Shown in pieces: positions 1 through 13,619 of a stretch of DNA of 64,000 nucleotides (the first letter of the stretch is position 1; each line of letters opens with the position of its first letter). Source of the stretch: Marsupella aquatica (Eukaryota > Plantae > Marchantiophyta). The position numbers and the translations under genes are program-made. The stretch spans positions 16,785,420-16,849,419 of the forward strand of contig OZ316898.1 of the NCBI GenBank assembly GCA_973895155.1, read 5' to 3'. The notes beneath the pieces were generated by a model. It was given only the letters and a program-made list of their open reading frames with translations, ran no database searches and had not been told where the DNA came from.

Positions 1-1002
1 GAGGAGAAGCTGATGTTACTGTTCCAGGGTCGCAGTTGGCTGAAGCCTGAGTATAGAATCATAACCATCGAGGGCTGATCTAGGATATTACACAATCACA
101 AGATTTCAAAGAGTCTGGGCTGTTGATAGAAAAATTCAGTGTCATTGTGAAGATGGTTTAATTCAAGAAACCAATTTGACAATCCAGCCAAGGACCTGTA
201 CAGGAACTCGCTTCTGTGAGGAGTCAGTCATACTTGCATTCTGAGTCAGTTGGGAATCAGGAAAGAGCCCTCTTGCTGGTCTTGCAAGAATCACTCAAAA
301 GTATCTCTGGCATGCTCCCCGACCCATCTCTGTCAAAATGACAGAAAAAAAAGTGTTCAGGAAAGAGAAACAATAACCAATCAGTCAAAAGATGCAAATC
401 GCATGTTACATGGCAGGAAAGTAGAAAGTTACAAAAGAGTCCAAAGGATGAAGACTACTTTTCAGTTCACAATAAACATAAGTTCCAGGGTTGAAGCACA
501 AGAGAGAACTTTATACCAGAAGCAGCAGACAATTAAAGTCTGCCCACTCGACCTGCCCTTCCCTCCCTACTCGTCAGCTCAGAGACTCTTTCATTCGACT
601 CCCTTGCATGCAGTAGCAACCGGCTGAAAAAATCTCCTTCTGTTAACCAAGAAGGAAGTGTACATAGACACTGCCAATTGAGTGACATTAAATGGGGAGA
701 CGACAGACCACCATCTTAAGGGGGGTGCAAAAGCCCACACTATACGAAAATGTAGAGCTACCCTTGCACCCCAAAGAATAAAAATATTGCCTACAGGACT
801 ATCTTGTAGTTTTCTTTCATCTTCGACCCGTCTCCCAGTAGTACTGTGAAAGTAAACTGTATCTGCTTTCTGGTTGCTGAAAAGGGTCATGACTATCATG
901 CAACGTGCCGTCGGCAACATAAACCCTCCCAATGGTCATGAACTCATACGGTCGATAACATGTAAGCTTCAAAGAACAGTGTGTCGAACCCACAACGCAT
1001 GT

Positions 1003-4000
1003 CTATAGTTCAACCTCTTGTAGATCATCTCCAGCACTACCACCACTACCCTCCACAGATCCAGGTCTCAGCTCAACTCCCACTATTGCTGGCATAAAAG
1101 GTGTCAAAGAAGGTGCAGGCGACGCAAAAGTATCACTCAATCCAGTACTAGTGTTAGGGTTAAAAATATCCACCTTTGAAGGAGATGGGAAATAGGTTCC
1201 AACTGTAGGGGGTGTATTCATTGTACTCTGACTAGAAAATCCATTGTACAAGCTAGAATTTGTAACAGGGTTGTCATAAGATGATTTGGCTTCTGATTGG
1301 GAGGTTTGGAAATTACTAGGGTAACCACTCCAGGAGTTTGCCCTGGAATGGTAGCCATTACTAAATCCAATTTCTCCGTTGCTTGGACTCCTACCTAATC
1401 TGCCTCTTCCTTGAGCAGGTTCACCAGGATCGAAAGCTGTAGTGTTGTCAGAACTAGGTGCTCTATGCAACGCAGTGGCACCAAATACTGAGGCGTTCTC
1501 AGAGCTAGGAACCCTATGAATTCCTGTCCCGACCATCCCAGGTTGATGAAGAACATTCTCCACAGCTGATTGCTGACTTGCACCCAGTCTTTCCTGGGAG
1601 TTTAAGCCAGATTCTGGATGCTGATCGACATGGTTTTCGTCATAGTTTCCCTGAAATACCCCATTCTCGGAATTCGAAACGCTTCCGTTCATGTCCGTGG
1701 ATGACGGTGGAACAAAAAAGTTCATTGGCTGCAATGGAGCTCCTCCATATCTTGCAGTTGGAGCAAATGCGGAAACAGCAGGCTTTGGAGGTGTTGTTGT
1801 ATTCCCCCCTTTGTTAAATGTATCGACATACCTACACATCAAAAACCAACCTCAGTTATCTATTGACTAACAATTGACCTCAAACGAATCCCTCAAAATT
1901 CTGAGATAAGTACAAACTAAAGCTGCAAATCTCCACAACACAATTGAAAAGCAGGCAAGCCACGAATTGAACACAGTCAGTCAATACCTAGAGCGAACAC
2001 CCTGCTGTCTTGTCCGAGCAGAAAACTGATTACTTGGAGGAACAGGAGGCGTTCCCAGATGAGTACTCTTGCTTGTAGAGGGAGGAGCTGCTCCCAAACC
2101 GACTCCAAATTGTGCATCACGAGATGATATCTCCTCAACCTTGCCAACTGAGCTGGCAGAAATGGGAGGAGGCAGAAGGGCAGCTTCTTCTTGCGACGCC
2201 TCTACCCCTTCTTCAACCCACCTTTTCAGTTTCTCATCGTAGTAAAACTTGTTTGTATCCCCTAGTTTAGCCTGAAAAAGATCTCCACGTAGTGTGAGTT
2301 ATAAGACATTTATAACTTTAAAAACAGAGATCCAAAATATACCATAACATCATTTTACATAAGAGAACCTTAAACAAAAACCTGAGCACTTTATCTCTTC
2401 AATCACAACCTGTTGTCGACTACCACAATTAATACTTCGCATGCAATGTGTTAAGCAGAACATCGCACGTACAAACTCTAAAGAAAATATTACATACCTC
2501 TTTCTTACTCGTCTTAGAGACCAAACTGACAATGCCTCCTGCCTTTGAGAAGACAGAACCAAACCGACCCAGATAGCCTCCCCTTGTGGTTGGTTTCCCT
2601 TGCTCTGCTTTTTCCTGCCCATAAAATCCACAACATGTTGTCAATTTTGCTTAAACAGGTCCACTTAACTATCTGACCATCTGTTGGCCAATAAATTATA
2701 GACTTCGCGAAGAAAAACAGACCACTCAGCGTTATGCTACTATATAGGCTAAACATGACGCGCTTAACGAAACTATAGTTGCCAAGTCATTAATTAATCT
2801 TGTCCACTGTACCTGGTGATAAGATTGTTACTTTACACTTATTCAAGCTTTTCTTAAAGTTTTATCACCAAATTCACAGCTGCAGGTTCGCTCAGAGAGT
2901 AACCTTTGCGAATCGAGTAGTGGAAAGCTTGATCAACTAAATTCAGGGGAACCTTAACAACTTCAACAAATCTACTCTGGCTTAAAAAATGGGATACAGG
3001 TGAAACGAGCAAGTGTCGGTTTTGAGGGACAATATTGCTTCCTCCAGATACTGACTGAGTAACTACTTGAACTGACAGGAGCTTACATTTAGCAAAAACT
3101 CACTAAGTAAAACTAGAACCTCGTAACTATCCATGCACACCGGGTGTGGTAGTATAATCGCTGATTTCACGATGATACCTTCATTGAAGCACTGAAGTCA
3201 GGCTCTGACACGCTTCTTTGAGGCATGTAACGACTAGTTTCTTGCAATTTCTCTGCCGATGCTGAAGGACCAAAAGGTGCAGATGACCGGCTAGGACTCG
3301 CCCCAAATCGAGCAGCACCAAGATGGTCCTGAAGAGTAACAGGTTCACCGGTAGGAGCCATCTGCACTTGATCCTGGCCTGTTGGCGGTGGGGGCCCACC
3401 AATTATACCGTGAATTCCTCTGTCCAGTGCACTTAGGAATCCTCGGACAAGCTTCCCTGGGGCAAGATTTACTGAGTTGCCACCCTGCGACAATAGAGGA
3501 AAAACAGAACGAGTCTAAAAATGTCCATCCCCCTTTACTATAACTAGATAAAGGGAGGAAGAACCTGCTGAAAGAATATTTGACAATTTGACAATTTAAT
3601 TGTCACCCTGCAAACCTGCATGTGAATCCGAAGGCGCTCTTCTAGTGATGCAGCAGCTAGCCTGCACGTTTCCACCTCAGGGGCCCGACTGGCTGTCTTT
3701 AGCGTCTTTGAGACAGATTGGCAGTACCTAGATGAATAGAATAGAAGTGTCTAGGCCATCAGCATTGACATATGTCCGAGACAACTGACTGTTTTGCATC
3801 AAGGAGACTCACTCCTGATGTCTTTTAAAGTTCTACAATGATGAAGGGAACAACTTCTGCAGCTCAGCGGTGATTGAAAAGTAGTTGTAAGATAGTCCAA
3901 AGATAATTAACACTGAGCATTAAACTATTGCACGTTTCAAACCTCGACTACATCGTAAAGCAGTGAGACGGAAAACCTCGTACGTACCTCAGTGCTTCGA

Positions 4001-7000
4001 CAGTTTTTCCAGCTTCAGCAAGCATTGATGCATAAATAAGTTTGTACGGTTGAAAGGAAACCAAGATAAACTGAGGATTTCCCAACACTTTTGAATACTC
4101 ATAGACCTCTGTTCGCTGTAAGAAACAATCAAAACAAGACAAAACCATCGTTAACTCCTGCTATGACAAGGTGAGATGTACACGTGCAAATATTCAATCT
4201 TAATGTGATCGGGAGCCATATAATTGAAAACAAAAGGCCACCTGGCTGGACACTAAAAGACATCTTTGCAGGCTCAGCCCTCTGTATCCAATGTAGCAAA
4301 CTACGAACAACATGTCTTAGCTTACAACAAATACGAAACAATGTACCAGGTACACGTGCAGAAACAAGCAAAAAGATTCAGGCACACTGCCGGCACTCAA
4401 CGCTGATGATCCCTAAACCCGTCATATCCTCCATTCCTCATAAATCAGAGCAGAGGTTAGATATCACTAAGAAAGTGGTGAATGCTTCTAGAAACATTGA
4501 TTTCATGGTAAAAATTATGATTTAAATGTGACCACTTGCCTGGATAGCCTCTGGGCTGGCGTAAGTGCGAGGATTCTTCCAGTGATCTGCTCCGATAAGA
4601 CAGAGTCTAGCATTGCTGCTAAAGGACTCAAAATTTGCATCTGCAACTAGATAGCAAATGTGGGCCGCTGCGACCTGTTTCACAACAGAACAACACCAAT
4701 CAGATAGTTGTGACATGACTGTCACCGCAAGTGGAAGAGGGAACAATGTGATCATTTTTGGTCTTAACGTACAAGCCTTCCACCATCTTACCATTCTCAG
4801 TGATACTGATAGCAACCGTTGCATGAGCAATTAAATTGAGGCGTCACATCGCATTTGTATTCCAAATAAATCAGATTGCTACATTTATTGAAATCTTCAA
4901 TAATTCATATTCCTCAATAATTGCTGAAACATATGAACAAAATTGACACTGAAAAAAAATAGTTATCCTTAATATAATGCTAACCGATTCTTTTTTTAAA
5001 TCTCAAGAACAGACCTCTCCTTTCACTTTCCAGAGACAATCGCCAAGATGTGAGATCACACGATCATCCCCAGTGGTACGGTTCGCTGCCATAATTGAGA
5101 GGTTCTCTTGCCATTCCTCCAACATACTTCCTAAGCCACCCTGGTCATTCCCCACAAACCGTCAGAACATTCAATCCAGAATTGCTAGATGTTAAAGAAG
5201 TTGCTAAGGTCAAAACTCACCTGTTGATATGCAAGTACTTTAGCAACCTACCTCAGTTGGGTTCCCTGATGAAGAGGGTACTTGAATGGGCTGGTTGCCT
5301 TGGATACTCAAAGTATTGTCTTCTCTGAACACTTCAGCAGGCTGCCCGGCAAGCAGGAGACTCAGAGTCCTGAGTGGGGATCCAGGCAAGAATTGCCGCT
5401 GGGCCATTGCTGCAACCGTATCTGCGTAATACTGCACAACAGGATTAAACCAAGTTAGAAAATAGTAATCGTTCAAAACACTAGCACTCAGCTCCATACA
5501 AAACCGTGGTTGTGCTGGGATATGATCCAGCAACATTACACATATTCACCGTCAAGCACCACCTGTTTAAATTACTCAAAAACCAGACAACCCAACTTCA
5601 GGAGGCAGGGGCACAGACTCGAGAAAGCTGAAACCACTTGCACGCTATGAGTTCCTTATTCATCTCTAAATACTACGTCTCCCAATGCAATTACGAGCTG
5701 ATTAAATTTTCGAAAATATGTAAGCTCCACATTCGGCGATGAGCATATGCAGGTCAAGAAGAAACTCCTGGAAAACCAAGAATTCACTCTATCAATCAAG
5801 CTTTTAGTGATTTGAACTCACTTTCTCACCAAGTTGACGAGCAAGAACAAGGGCTGGTCCCCATAGCTGACCTTGCTGTGCATTCTTGAGTGCCTCCTTC
5901 CGCTTTCCCGCAACAAGTAACCTTTTTGTCTCAGACGCAGTTAGCTGCAGGCACATATTACGCGAACAAACTGAAACTATTAAGAAACACAGAGTAAACC
6001 AAGAGTTTATGTGTCAAGTATTATGTTACTAGCTGGAGCTCAGAACTCGGGACAACGACCATCTCTGTGCCATATCCTCATATACTTCAGTGTTAGACAA
6101 CCACAGGATTAAGGAAAATGAAAATGAAAATGAAAATGAAACATGCAAAAGACAAAAGACAAAAGACAAAACACTCTCTTTCGAACTCTCTTGCCTGCAA
6201 CTGATGCTCAGATGGCATTGGTTGTAAGCAGACAGTAGCACTGAACGAACCCATCGTCCATGAGCTCTGATCCCCTCCTGAAGTTAAAAGCTTTGCAAGC
6301 GCCGCGTCGGCACCGTCCTCTTCCTGCCAGGTACAAACAAAATGTTTGCCATTAACGGTCAGCAGTGCAAAAGGGATATCACTACGCACAATAATGAATG
6401 GGAACAACAAACTCGTACCTGCGATGATCGGAAACACATTTAGCTTAACTTGAAGTCCTCAGATCCCAAATGGACCAAGATACAGAAGTAAGAATAACAA
6501 GGATGCCAGAAGCGTAAAGGGAATAAAAGCTTTCAGGCGACAGTCCCAGAATAAGGAACGGTATGGAGTTCAACTTAGGGCTCGGCTCATGTCACGACTC
6601 AATCTAATTCAGAACGTGTCCACAACATTGATCCATGGACTGTTCATTACAAACAAGGAAATGCGGGAAATATTTCAACCTTACTAAGACCCTCGCACAT
6701 TCTACTAAAAATTCTTTTTCTTGTGTCTAGGGAAATTCTTTTCAAGTTTTTACACAGAAACATCAGCTAACAATTTCAGTCTAGCATGTATATAAACCTA
6801 AGTTGAACGCTTGGCGGGACGCATGGCGTGCCACTCAATTGTAGGTTGACATAGATCTTCGAGTAAACTTGGCTACCATCTGTTAAACAATGAATGACTC
6901 TGGCATTGTCAGCATCGATAACGTTTCAATCCAGACAACAAAGACCTTTGATAGTTTATACCTGTGACGTGATTCCAGTAGACCCAGCTTGAGACCGCAG

Positions 7001-9825
7001 TTTTCCATAGTGCTTGCAGGCGAGCTTCAGGAGCCCCCAAAGCATAGGAAGTGAGCCTGAACTTGGTTCCTCGGACAGACACTTAGCAGCTTGATCATCT
7101 AGCCACTTGTTCAACTCCTTATTAGAGACACTTCCTCCCACAAGTGGACCAGGGACAGTGGGACGGCTTAGTGCTCCGAAGTAAGAGCTCCCTGTCTCCC
7201 CTCGTCCATTATCAGAAGTTTGCGCAACTACTTTACTCAAGCTGTGGACCTGGATGGGTCCCGGAACAAATGCTTGTCCACTTGCAAAAGACTGTACCAT
7301 TGCCACAACAGCACCAACAAGGAGAAGTTCCATCAATAAGACACGTACGAAGACGTAAGCCTCAAACCTATTTGGAGCCCAGCACAGCTACATAACGAGG
7401 CTTATCAAAAAACGTCACTGCTTCACAAAAACGGGAAAAGGATCATCAATGAGGCATGACATACCTGGTTACCATCACTAGACTGAAGGCTCAGAGGGTC
7501 CTTTAGCTTCATTACTACTAGCTTCCCCCCAAACGCAAAGGCTGTCAAAACTTGAGGTGGCCGACCAACAGAAGTCCTCAACGCCTCGTCCACAGACTTT
7601 GGAGCTGTTTGGGCCACATACGGTGGGTGATAAGGAGCACCATACGAAGACCATGGCTGAGACTGAGGGGCGTAGGCAGGCATCTGAGCAGGAGCGTACG
7701 AGTATTGATTCTCAGGTATCAAGTGCACTTGCTTGAGTGGGTCTACTTGCTGCACATTGTACCTTGTACTCCAGGGTTGCTGGCTTGATCCATTTGACAG
7801 CGGCTGTCCTGGCGGATAGTAAGAGGATGGGTTGTCAAACTGAGCTTGCACTCCTGCCCCTTGTCCTGGAATTTGCGCTGTAGTTGACCTTTGGACATCA
7901 TTATTTAAAGGACCTGGCACACCATAGAGAGCCTGGGCGAACTGACCACCGGCATTGTACTGTTGATCCTGCCCAGCTGACCATCCTGCACTGTACCCTT
8001 GGAAGAAATTATTCAAATCAGGTTGCTCATAGGACACAGACGGAAGCGAAGTAGATTTGGGCTCCTCTTCTACCACCTGAGAAAGTTGGCTGTATTGCTT
8101 CCATTCCTGCGCTTGGTGATCGTAGTACCAACCAGGATACTGATCATCCCAATCAGACTGGGACACACTACTTGCCGCTTCGCCTGTGAAATCTTGCCAA
8201 GCTGAATCTTTCTGTTGCCCAGCAGTTTCCACAGACTGGGGATTGTGAGCATTACTGGTTTGAACGGGACTACTCAGATCTCCTGTCCACTCGGTTACAG
8301 ACGTGCCTGCTGTGGATTGACCTAAATGTAATTCATCTTTTAAGCCAATTTCATCTGATACACTCGCGGTTATGTCATGACCTTGCCACTGAATGGCCTC
8401 ATTCTCTCCACCGCGATCTTGAGGTTGGACCTGACCTGAGGGATAGTCCCACGAGCTTGATGTCCCTACACCGGCACCACTTTTAGTGCTTTCCATCCAC
8501 TCACCAGTCAGGGTATTGTATAGCCATCCAGGGTATTCGGGGAGCTCCTGCCAGACGCCTTGATCAGTTTGGCCGAACTGTGTCTGTTCTGCTTGCTCTT
8601 CTGCTTGAAAATTATTCCATTGAGTGTGGTCCACCTTATCATATTGTACATGTTGCTGTTCATCCATACATTCAGTATTCTGCCGTTGATCCGGAGCAGA
8701 TTGGAAACCTTGCACCTCCTGCTCTGGCCCCTGCGAATGTACACGTGGTGGATTTTCTCCGCTCTGCTGCACCTGCAATGGAGCTGGTGTTCCATAGTGC
8801 GTTGCTGACGACGGCGGAGGCACTTGTGTTGTCTGTGCTCCCCGCTCTTCATGCGGATGGGGCAGATCGAAGAAAGAAACGTCGTCATATTGCTGCTCCA
8901 CAACATTAGATCCAACATTTGAAGTGGAGTGCTCGCCGAGATGGAAGAAGTAAGGTTCTGAGTTGGAAGCAACAGCATTGGCATCTTCAGAGTAAGATGA
9001 ATCTGCTGTATATACTGAGAGGAAATCAGAAAAAGACCCAAAACCGCCTTGTGTCCCAAAGTTACTCCATTGCACCTCTTCGACTTTAGTAGTCTGGGCT
9101 TGAATTTTGGACACCTCTGATGGCTTTACTTCCCCTTGATCTTGAGGTAACGAATTCCTTTGTGTCTCCTCGACAACAGATGCAACCTCAGCGGCCAAAA
9201 CCGTGGAAAAAGAAAGCTCTCCGTAAAGTTCTGATTCAAGCTTAACATTTTCGTCGCCAGCAGACTCCAGTGGATTGAAACTTGATGTTGCAGAATCTCC
9301 AGAAACTCTGAATTGAGCTACACTAGCTTCAACCGTATGTAGGCTTGAGGTGCTCGAGGCACCCACTGTCGAATCCCCACCACAAACCCTATCCTCCGAA
9401 TCATGCACTGCCTCAACTGCCTCTTCTGGCGAATGATGCAACCCCAGGTCATCACCATTACTCGATACGTGGGCGTCGTCAGCGCGACGAGATATAGATA
9501 GATCTTGCGTTTGTAAATCTAAGTTGGTGAATGCGTCTTCAAGATCCAAGCCTTCCTGAGAATTACCTGCCTGGGGCAGAGGGAACCCAACTTGCTCCTC
9601 GGGATGGACTTTGGATGGGCTAGTCCATGCGCCAGCAGCAGCCCCAGAGTTTACGAGTCCAACCTCGGGAGGATCCCCCAAGTTCACAAGCTCAGCTGCT
9701 GCATCCTGATGTTTCTGAAGAACAGCATCTTTCACAGGGAGATCAACTTCGTCTCCAAGTTTGTCAAAAAAGTCTGCATCTACATCATCTCCCGCATGCA
9801 GCGGAGGATACGGTGCAGGAGACAT
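1003..9825 (-). CDS. SEC16: COPII/ER exit site scaffold protein SEC16 (MAG5-like), about 1719 aa, 13 coding exons
   Basis: Exons reconstructed with consistent phase: 9825-7465, 7291-6962, 6323-6195, 5944-5822, 5431-5252, 5140-5015, 4674-4540, 4115-3988, 3727-3616, 3484-3179, 2614-2498, 2271-1988, 1831-1003 (5160 nt). Plant SEC16 motifs present: DFFDKL, YPGWYYD, GRPPQVLTAFAFGGKL, LWGPALVLA, WQENLSIMAANRT, AAHICYLVA...RLCLIGADH...ASPEAIQRTEVYEY, AKLGDTNKFYYDEKLKRWVEEG, RYVDTFN and C-terminal DDLQEVEL. Confidence 0.93.
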
Positions 9826-10947
9826 CGAAGCAGTTGCTGGCTTCCAGTGCTACAAGGTCGGCGGCATCCACATCGTCATCGACAATCAAGTCCTCCTCGG
9901 ACACAAAAGTGGCGAAAGATGTTTAGATAACACTCCCACACTTTTCTCATCCCTGTCCATCCAGTAATCCAATAATTCAAAGGTCAGACAGATCATCAAA
10001 ACAGCAGGCCACCCGCTCAATGAACAAATGCAGGAAGTACAGAAGATATGCAATTAGGAACGGCTTTCATCCGCAGGGGATCGCCGCCCGCTGGTAACTT
10101 CATTCATCGTCGGTCACCATCCACAGACTCGAAAGATCAGTCGATCAGTCTGAACAACTCAGCAAGAAGACCATCTTACGAGTTCCGACATCCGGACTAT
10201 TACCTGTAACCAGAAGAGAGCCACCACCGAATGTCGGATCATCACAGCTCTCCGACTACGGATCCCGCAATCGTAACCAGCGACTCAATCAGTCAAATCA
10301 CTCCACATCCCTGGTGCTGCAATCCCAGCTGCTGCAACTCCTCCTGAGGAACTTCCCAACCGCTGCATCGAGGGAGGACCTCCACTCCAGTCTCCCCGTT
10401 GACCTGTCTACAACTCAACACTCTCGCCCCGCCCTTTCCACCTCCTCCTCCAGCCCCCGCCGAAGATAGAGATCAAATCCCATCCAAAAGAGCGCCCTAG
10501 CTTCCAAATTTGCGCATCATCGTCCAATCCAACGACCAACAGACCTGCTCCTCAAGATCTCACGAAATGGTATTGCGCCCCTGGCTCGCAACAGCCTCCG
10601 TTCTGCAGGCTCTCCTCTTTACATGCCACGTACGACTCACACCGCCATCGCCAACCTATCCACAGCCTACAGCAAGAAAGTATGCCGCAACATCACTATA
10701 AACGCTGCTTTCCCTAATAATGGCGACGACTATAAGACAGGAGAAACTCTATCAGGTCGGGCGGGGTAGCACACTCCAAATTCCCGCAATGGAAACTGTC
10801 GATAGTTTCGATCCGTCCAAGCCTTTCAAGATCCACTGGCAGACTTTATGCAACTTACAGACGATCCCTCAGCGAATAGACCACAGAAAAACCTTTCACC
10901 AGATCGGGAACTCAATATACAGAGAAGGCGGTCATGGATCTAGAGAT

Positions 10948-10968
10948 GAAGAAGAAGAAGAAGAAGAA
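10948..10968. repeat. (GAA)7 microsatellite, probably in the SEC16 5' leader
   Basis: Seen directly in the sequence. Confidence 0.9.
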
Positions 10969-13265
10969 GGGTGGGAAAACAACGGAAGAAGAGCTCTGCC
11001 TGGGTCGGGCTATGGCAGACGTGGGATCGATTAACAACGACGACAACCACAACAAGCCCTTAGCACGATGCAGCCAGCCACGACGCTGTCGCTCTGCGCT
11101 GGACCATTGCAGGCGAAAGAATGAAATGAATGGGTCGGAACACAAAATCTCTCAACAGCAACGGAGAGTTTGCGCAAGTCACGTATTGTAAACCAAGCGC
11201 TTTCGGTCCTCCCTGTACACTTCCGCCTTCAGAATTCGCCGAATTCCGTAGTCTTGCAGAGATCTCCAAAAAGGCAGCTTGGAAGTATTGAGCCGTGGCC
11301 CTATCACCCCCCTGTCACTACTGTAGTAAACCACAGTACAGTAGTAACCGACCACTACACATTACCTACCTCGCCTCACAATCAACTCCCCCTTATTACA
11401 GTACCTAAAAATGTCCAATGACAAAATCCAAACTAGACCGTTCGGACGAGGGCCCATTGCAAGCGTTTTAGCCGCAATTGGGTCCATATGTCGTTCAATC
11501 ATCGTTCTTTATGCGTCAGCAAGCTGAGCTGCGGACGTCGTGAGGAGTAACTTACTGTACGACCATGGAGGGAGCCAACGCAGTTTGTTTGCACTTCCTC
11601 AGTTCCTCGTGTAATGAGGTGCATGTGCTTTTGGAGGAACGCGTGGTAGTACTGTTCGGTTACCTACTTCAGGCCCAGTAGTGCAACCTTGAGTTCGAAT
11701 CCTACTTGGGGTTTGAACCAGCCTACTTTTTAAGTGCGGCCAAATTCCACCTCCCCAAATGTTCTCCACTTTTGGTTAATATTGACTAGATTTTTTTAGC
11801 ACCATTAGCCATTCTTCCACCAAATCATGGACCCCATTAGCAAGAATCTAACGGTCCTCCTTAAATCTAGGGATATCTAACGATCATGGTTTAATTCAGT
11901 AAAATCTGATAGAGAATATTTTTAGAATGCCTTAGAAGAAAACATTCACCACACTGGCTAGAAATTAAAAAACCTTAAAACATATGCTGGTTTGAACACC
12001 ACATTTGGCAGCATTTGGCGGGCTAGAGTTTAGCTGGTCCTTGTCACTATAGTTCACACTTGCGTAAATACCCATGCATATGCAGGGAAGGGCTCCCCAT
12101 ACCTAGACTCCCATGCGCATCCCTACTTACAAAGATGTAATCCAAGTATCACATTATTTCTGTTACCATATAAATTTCTGCCATGGGTTCTTCACCCTAG
12201 AAAGTAAATCATGCGCGATAGAGTTCAATCGTAAATTATATTAACATATACATTTAGCTATGGTAGCTAAATAAACAAGGTCTGATCAAAAAAATCTTCA
12301 GTCACATGAAGACTAAACTAAATTGGTGTATCAACAATTTCCAGTGTCCATTTCGCTACACTGTTCACCCTATTATATCTTATCTCAGAATTAGTGTTTG
12401 ACCCTAATTAATGTTGGTAACCCTAATTGAGAGTGAGGCTGGGGTAAATAGAAAATAACACTAATTGTGGTGAGACTTTTAGCTAAGGTTATTTTAGCTT
12501 GGAATCACACCAACAAGAGCAATTCACATTTGTGTAGTATTTGTGCTGCCATTGTTTGGCAAGTAGTATAGCCCTACTTAGGCTTTGGTCCCTAAGTGTA
12601 AGTTTCTTTGTAGTGATCCAGGGTGCATAAAACAGGCTTTGGTCCCTGGCTGCCATAAGGGAAGGAACAATTATGTCTTTGTATTTGTGCATTGGAACAC
12701 TCCAATTGCTGGAATGAAGCATTCATCTTTGAAATGTGGCTCCCTTGATAGTTTCAACTGATTTTTCTTGGGGGCTAAATAACTCTCCAAATAATGTCAT
12801 CCACAACCTGAACCAATATTACCCTTACTCTCCAAATAGCTAATCAAAGACAATTGGGTAGTTGGGATTCGGGAAGCTATCAAGAACACTGTGCAACCAC
12901 TGTAGGACCTGACTAGGGGCACGCTTTGGCTGGAGTAAGGCAACGATCCTTGGGGAAATGCCTAACGCTACCAAGATGAGGCACAAGGGGACTTTAGCAG
13001 CTGCCACTCCAGCCAAGCGGACAAGGTCCGAGAAGCCAGCTAGAAATCCCAACTGCAAATGTAGACTCAGGTATTGAAACCATACTAATTTGGGATAGCC
13101 GTAAGAAACAATAGACAGGTTGAGCAGACCATAGACCGCCAGATTTACAACTAGTTTGCGAGGATGAAGAAGAGGTCTTCACCATTCTACAGGATAACAA
13201 GCCTCTGGTTACGTGGAGGATACCGGCTTGGAGAGATTCGTCAAGTTGCCATGGAGGTTGGTTGA

Positions 13266-13615
13266 CTATATGGAGGCATTCCCATTACTTGCAACGGTTT
13301 TAGGTCACGGACCCCCTAAACTGTAATAAAAATGTATTATTCAACCCCTATAAAATTGGATTTAAAAAACTTTATTGTTCTTATGAGAAAACACTTAAAC
13401 CACACCTGCCACTATAAAAGCCTCATTCCATGTCTCACTACTCACCATAAAAGGTGGAACACTAGCACGTTTTGTGGAGTACTTGCCAAAAAAAGGTTTT
13501 GCAGTCAACACCTTTTGTGGAGCTCAAAGCCCATTTCTGAACTTCTATTCCTTAGAATGAGAGCTACGGGTTACCCGTAGCCCTTTATAGGGGCAGGTGT
13601 GGTTTAAGTCTTCCC
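13266..13615 (-). mobile_element. Terminal fragment of a PIF/Harbinger-like DNA transposon (same family as the copy starting at 40931)
   Basis: Ends in TTAAGTCTTCCC followed by TTA. The reverse complement of that end matches TAA|GGGAAGACTTAA at 40928-40942. 13266-13360 is reverse-complement similar to about 41050-41142. There is an internal inverted repeat at 13394-13422 / 13580-13609. Confidence 0.6.
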
Positions 13616-13619
13616 TTAG

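Noticed and set aside
3-50. Possible C-terminus of an upstream plus-strand gene (GEADVTVPGSQLAEA*)
   Set aside because: Only 15 codons at the window edge, with no recognisable motif.
11644-11715. tRNA gene or tRNA-derived SINE (B-box-like AGTTCGAATCC at about 11692)
   Set aside because: No convincing A box, acceptor stem or anticodon arm could be folded.
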